Assembly: GCA_041918615.1 (NCBI GenBank)
Contig: JAYRVH010000007.1
Location: forward strand, 71,426-135,425
Source of the DNA: Acidimicrobiales bacterium
Lineage (GTDB): Bacteria; Actinomycetota; Acidimicrobiia; Acidimicrobiales; DATDAH01
Direction: 5' to 3'
DNA length: 64,000 nucleotides
In this document: piece by piece, positions 8,684-16,713 of the stretch
How positions within the stretch are numbered: position 1 is the first letter of the stretch
Layout: the number at the start of each line of letters is the position of its first letter
Notes under the pieces: generated by a model
Told to the model about the DNA's origin: nothing
What the model saw: only the letters and a program-made list of their open reading frames with translations
The model's database searches: none
Position numbers and translations under genes: made by a program

Positions 8684-8893
8684 TCAGCCCCCTGGCTGTT
8701 CGGGTGTGGGGATGTTGTTCGCGTTGCTCTGCGCAGCGGCGTAGATGATGCCGAGCACCACGATCGCGGCACCGACCAGCAAGAAGGTGATGACCGCGAC
8801 TTCCGTGGTGGTCATCCCGCGCTCGTCGTGGGGGTCGATGCCGAGGCGGGCGCAGCAATAGGCAAACAGCAGCCGGGGGTCGGGGACGGGCAT
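8684..8893 (-). CDS. flp: Flp/Fap family pilin precursor
   Basis: A 69-aa ORF reading ...DPHDERG/MTTTEVAVITFLLVGAAIVVLGIIYAA. The G/xxxxE(V) processing-site pattern is followed by a hydrophobic helix. Its position between tadC and the tadE genes fits. Confidence 0.7.
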   Translation of the reverse strand: MPVPDPRLLFAYCCARLGIDPHDERGMTTTEVAVITFLLVGAAIVVLGIIYAAAQSNANNIPTPEQPGG

Positions 8894-8921
8894 GGTGGCC
8901 TCCTTGGGTGTGGTGGCTCCG

Positions 8922-9833
8922 TCAGGGTTGGGGCCCGCTGACTGTCGTGATCTGCACGACGGCGGGGTAGGCGATGAAGACGAGGAAGCCGAACAACAGG
9001 ACGGCGACAGGGACGGTCATGCGTTCCGTGGCTGCCTCTGCCGCGGCCTCGATCTCGGCGACTTGGTGGCCTCGGAGCGTGTCAGCCTTGGCGGCGAGGG
9101 AGGATCGGATGCGAGCGCCGTGTGATCCGGCGAGGGAGACGCTGGCGGCGAGCTCGGCCATCTCGTTGATGCCGGAGCGGGTGCCGAGTTGGGCGAAGGC
9201 GTCCCACGGGGACTGTCCGGTGAGACGGGCGCGGCGCAGTTCGGCGCGGATGGTCTGGTACCCCCAGCCGTCGCCGGCGTCCGCAGCGGCGTGCAGCGCC
9301 GTTTCGATGCCGGCACCTCCGGCTAGGAGCACGTTGACCAGGTCGAGATAGGACGAGAGCGCGTGGCGGAACGCTTGTCGTCGCTTCGCTGCCTCCTCAC
9401 GCAGGATGAGATCGGGCAGCAGGAATCCCGCTGCCGCGGTCGCCAGCGAGAACATGGCGATGACACCGATCGGCACCGGGATGCCGAGAACCACGAGCGC
9501 AGTGGCGGCCAGATTGGGGACGAGCAGCCCGGCGATTGCGCCGAGGAGCTTGTCGAAGGCGTGTCGCTCAGTACTGCGGCCGACGAGTTCCAGCTCCTGA
9601 TCGTGGCGGCGAGCGTCGTAGCCGAGGGCCCCGACGACGCGTCCGGCAGCCGATTCGATCTGGCCGAACCCTGACGCGCCCGATGGTGCGACGTCGTCGA
9701 TGCTGGTTCCTGGGCGAGCGAGCCCGGCGAGGACCGCCTCGACGCTCGACGGGCGTGGTGCCAGGCCTCGCCAAATGAGCAGAACGCCGACACCGACGCC
9801 GGCTCCCAGCAGGACTACGACGAGCGTGGTCAC
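8922..9833 (-). CDS. tadC: type II secretion system F-family protein TadC
   Basis: The GTG at 9833 (VTTLVVVLLGAGV...) overlaps the tadB stop as GTGA. The sequence is a polytopic GspF-like protein (LSSYLDLVNVLLAGGAGIETAL...MTVPVAVLLFGFLVFIAYP). The longer 645-aa ORF-track extension is an out-of-frame overlap with tadB. Confidence 0.8.
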   Translation of the reverse strand: MTTLVVVLLGAGVGVGVLLIWRGLAPRPSSVEAVLAGLARPGTSIDDVAPSGASGFGQIESAAGRVVGALGYDARRHDQELELVGRSTERHAFDKLLGAIAGLLVPNLAATALVVLGIPVPIGVIAMFSLATAAAGFLLPDLILREEAAKRRQAFRHALSSYLDLVNVLLAGGAGIETALHAAADAGDGWGYQTIRAELRRARLTGQSPWDAFAQLGTRSGINEMAELAASVSLAGSHGARIRSSLAAKADTLRGHQVAEIEAAAEAATERMTVPVAVLLFGFLVFIAYPAVVQITTVSGPQP

Positions 9834-10702
9834 GTCTCCGCTCCGACGTGCGTCGGCCCGCCGGCTCGGGCGGTGAACCGCTCGGGCAGTACAAGCTCGG
9901 CCATGCGCGTGAGGAGCCAGCCTCCGACGGCGAAGATGCCGCCCACGATGGCCAACATGACTTGGCCGCCGGCGCTGTCGTACACGGCGAGGTAGCCGCG
10001 GTTTGCGATGGCGAGGAAGACCGCCGCCGCAATCACGACGCCGAAGATGACCTTCGTCGCCGTACGGACTCGGGTGCGGCCCACCTCGACTCGGATGCGC
10101 ATTCGGGCGTCGCCGCGGGTGGCGTCCGCTAGACGAGAGAGCAATCCTGAGAGATCGGAGGCTTCCATGCGGGAGGCGATCACCAAGGCCGCGACGACGA
10201 GGTCGCCAGAGGGATGGTCGAGGTCCTCGCCGAAGGCCACGAGGGACTCGGGGAGCCGCTGGTGGTCGAGGCGACGGACCATCCTTCGCACCTCGGTAGC
10301 TAACGGGGAAGGTGCGACGGGCGCGGTGGCGACGATGGCCTCCTCCAGTCCGGAGGCGGCGACGATCGAGTCGCGGATCATCTCGGTCCAAGAGGCGATG
10401 GCTTCGGTTCGGTCGATGGCTCGTTGCCTCGCGCTCTTGCCGCCGAGGATGCCTGGCAAGACGAGCGCAGCAACGACGGCCATGACGCCTCCGACCAGCC
10501 ATCCGGTTGCTGCGAATACGACCAGCCCGGCAGCAGCCGCTATGGAGACATTTCGCAGCTTTGAGCTGTCGACGATGCGTCGGAGGGAGCTCCAAGGAGC
10601 GTCGAGAATCTGACGGCCGGCAAGCCCGGCGACGGTCACGAGCACCCCGAGGGCGGCGCCAGCTGCAAGGGCGGCGAGGACGAGAGCGGTCATCGCCACC
10701 AC
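9830..10702 (-). CDS. tadB: type II secretion system F-family protein TadB
   Basis: A 290-aa polytopic protein (WTEMIRDSIVAASGLEEAI...KVIFGVVIAAAVFLAI). An alternative ATG at 10693 forms an ATGA overlap with the tadA stop. Confidence 0.8.
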   Translation of the reverse strand: MVAMTALVLAALAAGAALGVLVTVAGLAGRQILDAPWSSLRRIVDSSKLRNVSIAAAAGLVVFAATGWLVGGVMAVVAALVLPGILGGKSARQRAIDRTEAIASWTEMIRDSIVAASGLEEAIVATAPVAPSPLATEVRRMVRRLDHQRLPESLVAFGEDLDHPSGDLVVAALVIASRMEASDLSGLLSRLADATRGDARMRIRVEVGRTRVRTATKVIFGVVIAAAVFLAIANRGYLAVYDSAGGQVMLAIVGGIFAVGGWLLTRMAELVLPERFTARAGGPTHVGAET

Positions 10703-12042
10703 CCGTGGGCGGCTGCGTGGGCACTGGCGTCGAAGCCGTGGGCTTCGAGCTGGGCCGCGAGGTCCGGGGTCGGTGGTGCTGCCGGGATCCCGCTACCGGT
10801 GCTGTCGGGTTTCCACAGCTCGTTGGAGACGACTTGGCCGCCTTCGACCGTGCCGGCAACTTGACGGACGCTGGTCACCCGACGTTCGCCGGATACCCAG
10901 CCGAGGTGCACGATGAGGTCGACGGCGTTGGCCACCAGCAGGTTGGTGACATCGGGGATCAGCCGCTCGGGAGTCATGGCGGCGTACATGGCGAGCCGCC
11001 CGAACACGCCTTTGGATGAGTCGGCGTGGATCGAACACATCGAGCCGTCGTTGCCTTGGCTCATGGCGAGCAGCATCGGGAGGACCTCCGCCCCCCGGAC
11101 CTCACCGACGATTACCCGCTGGGGATCCATACGCAGCGCAGAGCGGACCAGTTCCGCGAGGCTGAATGAGCCAACGCCTTCGGTGTTGGCCTCGCGGGCT
11201 TCGAGCGTCTCGTGGTCGGGGTGAAGTTCCTCGAAGCGCTCCAGGCCGATCTCCAGCGAGTCCTCGATGGTGATGAGGCGCTCGGTGGCAGGAATCTCAT
11301 TGATGAGGCACCGCAGAGTCGTCGTCTTCCCGGTGCCGGTGCCGCCGGCCACGATGATGTTGGCTCGCGCCCGCACCGCAGCCGACAGGAAGTTGGCGAG
11401 CAGTTCGTCACAGACCCCTCCGTCCACCAGCTGGGACAGGCGGTGTATGTCGAAGTCGTGGCGGCGGATCGTGACCGTCGGGCGCCCCGACACCGCCATG
11501 AGCGCGTGGAGACGGTCGCCGTTGGGTAACTGGAGGTTCAGCTCCGGCTGGGCGTGATCCCACCGGCGCTCGCTTCGCCCGATGCGCCGGGCGGCTGTGG
11601 CGATGAGCTCGATGAGGTCGTCGTCGAAGTCGGCGACAGCGGGCCCGCGGACCTTGGTTCCATCTCGCAGGTTCAGCCAGACGCGCTGAGCGCCAGAGAT
11701 GTGGATGTCTCGGATCTGGGGGTCATCGAGGAGCGGCTGAAGACGAGCGAGACCGTGGATGCGGTCGAGCACCGCCGCAGTGACCTTGGCTTCGGTGGCC
11801 TCGTCGAGTGGCGCCCGGCCATCGGCGTAGGCGCTCGCCGCTAGATGGCGGAGGTCATCTGCCATGAGCTTGCGGGCCAGTGCTCGTTCGTCGCTGGGCG
11901 AGAGCCGGCCGCGGCCTGCTTCTTCGTGGGCTACGTGGGCTGCCGTGAGCGCCTCGCCGACGCTGTGGTGCAGCCGGGCGACAAGATCAGAGTCGATCCC
12001 ATCCTGATGCCACGCTGTCGGCGCGGTCACCGTTGCGGTCAT
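10690..12042 (-). CDS. tadA: CpaF/TadA family secretion ATPase
   Basis: Walker A is GGTGTGKTTTLRCL. The motifs RLITIEDSLEIGL, RMDPQRVIVGEVRGAEV and SMCSIHADS are the VirB11/CpaF signature. Confidence 0.9.
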   Translation of the reverse strand: MTATVTAPTAWHQDGIDSDLVARLHHSVGEALTAAHVAHEEAGRGRLSPSDERALARKLMADDLRHLAASAYADGRAPLDEATEAKVTAAVLDRIHGLARLQPLLDDPQIRDIHISGAQRVWLNLRDGTKVRGPAVADFDDDLIELIATAARRIGRSERRWDHAQPELNLQLPNGDRLHALMAVSGRPTVTIRRHDFDIHRLSQLVDGGVCDELLANFLSAAVRARANIIVAGGTGTGKTTTLRCLINEIPATERLITIEDSLEIGLERFEELHPDHETLEAREANTEGVGSFSLAELVRSALRMDPQRVIVGEVRGAEVLPMLLAMSQGNDGSMCSIHADSSKGVFGRLAMYAAMTPERLIPDVTNLLVANAVDLIVHLGWVSGERRVTSVRQVAGTVEGGQVVSNELWKPDSTGSGIPAAPPTPDLAAQLEAHGFDASAHAAAHGWWR

Positions 12043-12749
12043 GGCACAGCCTCAGCCACGGGCTCGAGCAGCGAGGCTCCGACATTCTCGCCCAGCGCCG
12101 CAACCGCCCGAACGAGTCGAGACCGGGACAGCCGTGCTCTGGACGCGTTTCCGGTGCGCAACGCCTCGGCCGCATCCGGGTCATCGGGCAGTTCTCCGAC
12201 CACCCTCACTCCGATCGAGCGCTCGACATCGGCACTGCGGTAGGGCCCGTGTCCGACGAGAAGGACGCTGGCCTGACCCCGGACCACGTGGGGCAGCACC
12301 GATAGGAGGTGAGTGAGCGCCACGAGCTGCTCGGCGACCGGGTGGACAAGGATGGCCAGAAGGTCCGAGGCGGCGACGATCGGGCTCGGTGACCGCAGAC
12401 GTCCAGCATCGACGACCGCGACTCCGTCCGAGGCGACCAGTTCACGGGTGATTCGCTCCCCCGCCGTACGCCACAACGCGGCGCTGGAGGAAGGCGCGTC
12501 CGGGCCGACGAGCACCGGCACTCCGCCCGCGTCCTGTGCGTGCGCCGTCCACCCGCTCCCGTCGCCCGGTCCAGCAGCGGCGAACGTCGTCAGGCCCGGC
12601 TCCCGGCCAAGGCCGTATCGGATGGCGAGGACACCACCGTCGAGGTCGGCCTCGACTACCAGGCCGTCGGCGAAAGTCGACGCCAGAAGGAGCGATGCCG
12701 TGGTCACGCCCGGAGCGCCCCGAACCGATGCGAGGGTCACCACCTTCAT
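12039..12749 (-). CDS. TadZ/CpaE-like ParA/MinD-fold protein with a degenerate P-loop
   Basis: MKVVTLASVRGAPGVTTASLLLAS replaces the canonical GGxGKT motif. It sits between cpaB and tadA and overlaps both by 4 nt. Confidence 0.55.
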   Translation of the reverse strand: MKVVTLASVRGAPGVTTASLLLASTFADGLVVEADLDGGVLAIRYGLGREPGLTTFAAAGPGDGSGWTAHAQDAGGVPVLVGPDAPSSSAALWRTAGERITRELVASDGVAVVDAGRLRSPSPIVAASDLLAILVHPVAEQLVALTHLLSVLPHVVRGQASVLLVGHGPYRSADVERSIGVRVVGELPDDPDAAEALRTGNASRARLSRSRLVRAVAALGENVGASLLEPVAEAVP

Positions 12750-13417
12750 GGGGCCACCAACACGAGTCGCAACCCACCTGCACCGGCCGCGGCCGCGACC
12801 GCCGCGGCATCAGCCTCATTGGTCAGGACCGAGACCAGGATCTGATCGCTCGGCAGGTCCTCGACGTCGAACACCGTGGCGGAGCGAGCGACGACCGTCG
12901 GCTCTGCATCGAGATTGGCCACGTCCTCGGTGCGCACGACGTGCACACGGTCGCCAGGGGCCAGTCCACGCGAGGGGTAGGCCCCCGGGTCGAGGGACAG
13001 CCCGACGACTCCGTCACCGGTGTCGACCGCTGGGACGTCCGCAACCACCGAAGTCGAGAGGAGCGTCCCTTCGGCAAGGTCGATCAAGGCGGCACGCCCG
13101 ACGACCCGGTCCATCTCCGAGCTGTCGAGACGCGCCAACGTGCTGTCGCTGGACACATACGCGACTCGGACGTCGCTGGCGTCGATCATTTCTCCCCGCT
13201 CGAGCGGTGACGCCGCGACCAACGCCGGCACCTTCTCGACCGCGCTCAGGTGCCACAGAGCGGCGCCGAGGGCGAAGACGACCGTGACAAGGACACCGAT
13301 CGCAACCTCTGGCACCCGTATCCGACTCCCCGGTGGACGGACCTCTGCGGAGGGGCGTGTCGGCTGCCCGTTGGAGGAAGGGGCACCTGTCCGAGTTGGG
13401 GTATGGGTCGACACCAC
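12746..13417 (-). CDS. cpaB: CpaB/RcpC-like SAF-domain pilus assembly protein
   Basis: It has an N-terminal TM helix (VAIGVLVTVVFALGAALW). A SAF-like segment follows (LVAASPLERGEMIDASDVRVAYV), with a typical C-terminal region. It starts at a GTG. Confidence 0.7.
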   Translation of the reverse strand: MVSTHTPTRTGAPSSNGQPTRPSAEVRPPGSRIRVPEVAIGVLVTVVFALGAALWHLSAVEKVPALVAASPLERGEMIDASDVRVAYVSSDSTLARLDSSEMDRVVGRAALIDLAEGTLLSTSVVADVPAVDTGDGVVGLSLDPGAYPSRGLAPGDRVHVVRTEDVANLDAEPTVVARSATVFDVEDLPSDQILVSVLTNEADAAAVAAAAGAGGLRLVLVAP

Positions 13418-13419
13418 GG

Positions 13420-14274
13420 CTACTGGCCCTCCTGTGTTCCGATCGCCTGGATCTCACCGACCTCGACATCGACAGTCGACGTGCGGGTGATCGCGGGGAG
13501 CGTCCCTCCACCGCCGGGGACGTTCGTCGTCCACGACACCTCGATGGTCACCGTGGCCTCTATATGGAACGTGCCGCCCGGCCTGGTGGCCGACGAGGAG
13601 CGGTACGTGTGGGTGCAGGTGGAACCGTCCTCGGGCAGACCGGGCCGCCACGGGGTGCCGGGCCCACGGCAAGAAACGCTGTTGCCGTCACCCAGGCTCC
13701 AACTCGTGGCCACAGGAGAGGCCCGCACCGTGGACGACACCCGGCCGGCGTTCGCCGTGGCCTCGTAGGGCTGCCACCAACTCTGGTCGAGCCACAACCA
13801 GGTCGGTACCTGTACGTACAGGCTCCCGTTCTGCGATGGGCTCGTCCGTATAGCTGGCGGCGCGATGCTCACCGACGCGAGCGCGTCGAGCGCCAGCTGG
13901 TGGGGATCGACAAGCCCGCCCTCGGGCCTCAGGAAGTAGCCGAAGAGCCCACCGTCGCCGTCGCACCACCGCCCGAGCCACCGGCCGGTCGCCGAGTGCT
14001 GGGGCTCGCCGGTGATCGGGTCATACATCGTGAACGCGAAATCGTCCTCGACCACCACCCGCCAGGGGCACGGGTTCTCGACCGAGCCGCCGCCATTCGA
14101 CCCGCCACCACCGTCGCCCGAGCCACCATCGGTGGCGACGGCGGTCGGGTCTCCACTCGGATCGACGTATGCGCCGCCGCTACCCCCGGGCCGGTCATCG
14201 GCCGCCGCGGGTGGAGCCGCCATCGCAGCGGCAGCTCCAACGAGTGCTGCGAAAATCAGGAGGCGTGCGCGCAT
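13420..14274 (-). CDS. secreted hypothetical protein
   Basis: The ATG at 14274 gives a signal peptide (MRARLLIFAALVGAAAAMAAPPAAA). A Gly-rich region follows, then a Trp/Cys-containing beta-rich domain. I recognise no motif. Confidence 0.55.
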   Translation of the reverse strand: MRARLLIFAALVGAAAAMAAPPAAADDRPGGSGGAYVDPSGDPTAVATDGGSGDGGGGSNGGGSVENPCPWRVVVEDDFAFTMYDPITGEPQHSATGRWLGRWCDGDGGLFGYFLRPEGGLVDPHQLALDALASVSIAPPAIRTSPSQNGSLYVQVPTWLWLDQSWWQPYEATANAGRVSSTVRASPVATSWSLGDGNSVSCRGPGTPWRPGLPEDGSTCTHTYRSSSATRPGGTFHIEATVTIEVSWTTNVPGGGGTLPAITRTSTVDVEVGEIQAIGTQEGQ

Positions 14275-14906
14275 CCCGCGACCCCCTCCCAGCGCTGGAC
14301 GAGTTGAGCGGCGGAGACACGCCACACACCTTGAACCCGCTGCATCTCGCCCCGGACGTTGTGCGTGCTCACCTCGTCGTTCACGATCTCGCCCGAGTCG
14401 CGCCGGATGATGACGCCGTCCGAGACGACGCACTCCTGCACAATGGCTCGGTCACGGTTCACCTGGAGGACGGTGACGCGCTGGATCTCGGCCGGGTTCG
14501 CCGCGCGGCGAAACGCCAAGCCTTGATCGAGGTTCGCTTGGGTCTCGGCGCGAACGGCGTCGAGTTGGGCGCCCGTGGCGTACTCGCGCAGCGCCGGGTC
14601 GTCCGGGTTCGGGGTGCCGCTGTTCGCGTCGAAGCGTGCATTCCAGTACCCGATGTAGCGGGCGATGATCTCGTCCTCGACGCTCTGGCCGCTCGGAGCC
14701 GATGACGAGGAAGTCGTCGCCGGCCCGGTCGTGGGCGACCCGATCGTCGCCGACGGCTCGGTTGGCGATTGGCCCAGGCCGGTTGAAGTCGCTGGCGTGA
14801 CCGAGTCGTCGTCCGAGCAAGCGACGGCAAAGAGGACGACTGCGACCAGCAGGCTCCATAGGTGGAGCGCCGCTGCCGCTCCGGTGATCCAGTTGCGTTT
14901 GGCCAT
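14256..14906 (-). CDS. hypothetical lipoprotein
   Basis: A lipobox is present (LFAVAC). A Ser/Thr/Pro linker follows, then a roughly 130-aa globular domain. An RBS (GAGGAG) precedes the ATG. It overlaps the next gene by 19 nt. Confidence 0.6.
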   Translation of the reverse strand: MAKRNWITGAAAALHLWSLLVAVVLFAVACSDDDSVTPATSTGLGQSPTEPSATIGSPTTGPATTSSSSAPSGQSVEDEIIARYIGYWNARFDANSGTPNPDDPALREYATGAQLDAVRAETQANLDQGLAFRRAANPAEIQRVTVLQVNRDRAIVQECVVSDGVIIRRDSGEIVNDEVSTHNVRGEMQRVQGVWRVSAAQLVQRWEGVAGCAHAS

Positions 14907-15158
14907 GTCTCAGGCTCCTCTGCTCGAGCAACCCGCTAGGGGCGCCCCGGAATACCCAGTACCTAGTGGCTACAATGTCGACGGTACGCCGATACGACTT
15001 GAGTGTCCACCCCCGGCCGACAATGGAGCGACCGGGAATGCGGCGTCGTCCAAACCCGGTCAGACGGCAGGTCTGGAATCGCAATTCGCCAGTCCAGGAA
15101 GCGGTGAGCGGGCGAGCTCGGCCCCTCTCGGACAGGGCCGTCGGGACTGCCCGTGCCA

Positions 15159-15839
15159 TCAGCTCGCCCACGGCAGCTCGCGCAGCCGGGCTTCGGCTCG
15201 CCACCGGCGGTGCCACAGCACCTTGAGCGACACTTCCTGCTCGGCAGCGAGATCGGCCATCGACTCGCCGCCGACCCGGCTGCGGATGATCGTGCCGAGT
15301 ACGTCCTTCGAGACGCCGTACCGCTCGCTCAAAGCGATCAGCTCCTCGACGAATGCGTTGCTGAGGACTCGGTCCTCAGCCGACGGCTCATCGGGGGCGT
15401 CGCCGATGCTTGTAGGGCACCGCCGCGACGTGTCGTGCTCGCGCCCATAGCGCTTACGAACGTCCAACAGGACGTTGCCCGACACCGAGCCGGGCCGGTG
15501 GGCCGGGTAGGTGCGGATGCGTTCCCATGCGAGCCGAACGACGTCGTCGACCGCGTCAGCGTCACGGCCCACCCGGTGTGCGAGGTTGACAAGGCCGCCG
15601 AGGAATTCCTGCAGCAGTGTGCGAGCTGCGAGGTGGTCTGTCGGGGCGAGCGTGGCCAGCGCACGGCGGACCTCGGGACCGATGTCAGGTCGATAGCCGA
15701 GGTCGATTACGTCGTCGAGATCGGCCGCCGGCAGGAGCACGGGGTGCACCGCCCGCCAGCGCATGAGTGCGCGGCGTGCGGCTGGAGAGTCGGCGATCGT
15801 CGACCACTCCTTGTTGAGCGATTGCAGGATCTGTGCCAT
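15159..15839 (-). CDS. sigma-70-like / HTH regulator (regions 2- and 4-like)
   Basis: The ATG at 15839 has a strong AGGAGG RBS 6 nt upstream. VVRLAWERIRTYP resembles sigma region 2. The C-terminal GESMADLAAEQEVSLKVLWHRRWRAEARL resembles the region 4 HTH. It is the first gene of the Tad-direction cluster. Confidence 0.5.
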   Translation of the reverse strand: MAQILQSLNKEWSTIADSPAARRALMRWRAVHPVLLPAADLDDVIDLGYRPDIGPEVRRALATLAPTDHLAARTLLQEFLGGLVNLAHRVGRDADAVDDVVRLAWERIRTYPAHRPGSVSGNVLLDVRKRYGREHDTSRRCPTSIGDAPDEPSAEDRVLSNAFVEELIALSERYGVSKDVLGTIIRSRVGGESMADLAAEQEVSLKVLWHRRWRAEARLRELPWAS

Positions 15840-15883
15840 CGAGAGCCTCCTGATGTCGTCGGACACCAGGAGGGTCCGCGTGG

Positions 15884-15979
15884 CACCTCCCGCTGGACCT
15901 CCCGCGCGACCTCCCGTGGAACGGATTTCTCGAGCTCACTCCCCCGGTTCGACCGACACACCTCCCGCTCGACCTCCCG
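15884..15979 (+). repeat. five direct copies of (G/C)ACCTCCCG in two 12-bp-phased groups, inside the divergent promoter region
   Basis: Copies are at 15884, 15896 and 15908 (12-bp steps) and at 15959 and 15971 (12-bp step). They lie in the 189-bp gap between the sigma-like gene (-) and the 16029 gene (+). Confidence 0.85.
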
Positions 15980-16028
15980 TTCGCTCTCGCACTGCGCGCT
16001 GCGCCGCTGCTCAGGGGCCTACGAGGGC

Positions 16029-16571
16029 ATGGAACGTGATCGAACGCTGTCCTTCACCCCGGTCGACCACCCCGACCTACGCGTGCAACGGATCGGGTTC
16101 GACCTGACCGACCCCTACGTCGAGCAGTGCTGGTCAGCGGTCGTCGGCCCCAGCTCGACGCTGTTGCTCCGTCGACTTCCCACCTTGTGGGTCACGCGGG
16201 TGCCCGCCGAGATCGGCGCCAGCGACCTGTCCCGCTCCCTGGGCCTCGGCGTGGGTGTCGGCGACCGGAGCCGGCTCGCGAACACGCTGAATCGGCTCGT
16301 CCAGTACCGGCTGGCAACGCCATCATCTGACGGAGCGGGGCTCGATGTGTTCCGCAAGGTTGCGCCGCTCAGCCCCCGCCAGCTCGCTCGGGTTCCGGAG
16401 TGGACGCACGGCACCCACGAGCGCCTCTTCGGCACCCACCTCGAGCACATCGACGACGTCGCCCAGCACCGAGCGAGCGTCGCATCGATGGGCGCTCGAC
16501 TGGACCGCCTCCGGCACGGGTCACCGACTGTGGCACACGAACCCCACCCACTCGGGCAGGCCCTCGGATGA
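16029..16571 (+). CDS. hypothetical protein, possible winged-helix DNA-binding protein (relaxosome accessory candidate)
   Basis: MERDRTLSF...SDLSRSLGLGVGVGDRSRLANTLNRLVQYRLA resembles a wHTH recognition helix plus wing. The upstream part of the 472-aa ORF is antisense to the sigma-like gene. The start is uncertain. Confidence 0.45.
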   Translation: MERDRTLSFTPVDHPDLRVQRIGFDLTDPYVEQCWSAVVGPSSTLLLRRLPTLWVTRVPAEIGASDLSRSLGLGVGVGDRSRLANTLNRLVQYRLATPSSDGAGLDVFRKVAPLSPRQLARVPEWTHGTHERLFGTHLEHIDDVAQHRASVASMGARLDRLRHGSPTVAHEPHPLGQALG

Positions 16572-16664
16572 AGGCCCTCCGTCGCCGGGATGGCTCCCCT
16601 GGACCACCGGCCTCCGCGGCCATCCGCATCGCTCCAGAACGGCAGGTCCGGCGCGCACACATTT

Positions 16665-16689
16665 GCAGGTTTCCCTCCGGGAAACCTGC
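16665..16689. other. perfect 11-bp inverted repeat GCAGGTTTCCC-TCC-GGGAAACCTGC, candidate oriT hairpin
   Basis: Read directly from the sequence. It lies 25 nt upstream of the relaxase GTG and 2 nt before another GACCTCCCG copy (16692-16700). Confidence 0.5.
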
Positions 16690-16713
16690 TGGACCTCCCG
16701 CCGGCGGTGTGCG

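Noticed and set aside
9834-10859. N-terminal extension of the 645-aa ORF containing TadC
   Set aside because: The extension is Arg/Pro-rich nonsense that overlaps tadB out of frame. The GTG at 9833 gives a normal TadC and a GTGA coupling with the tadB stop.
14907-15158. 250-bp lower-GC spacer between the sigma-like gene and the lipoprotein gene, as a possible promoter or att site
   Set aside because: I could not identify a convincing -35/-10 pair. I found no copy of the GACCTCCCG motif and no similarity to the tRNA 3' end. Only the RBS of the lipoprotein gene is clear.
15153-16028. Upstream 290 aa of the 472-aa plus-strand ORF
   Set aside because: It is antisense to the sigma-like gene and runs through the repeat-containing intergenic region. 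Only the part from the ATG at 16029 looks like a real protein.
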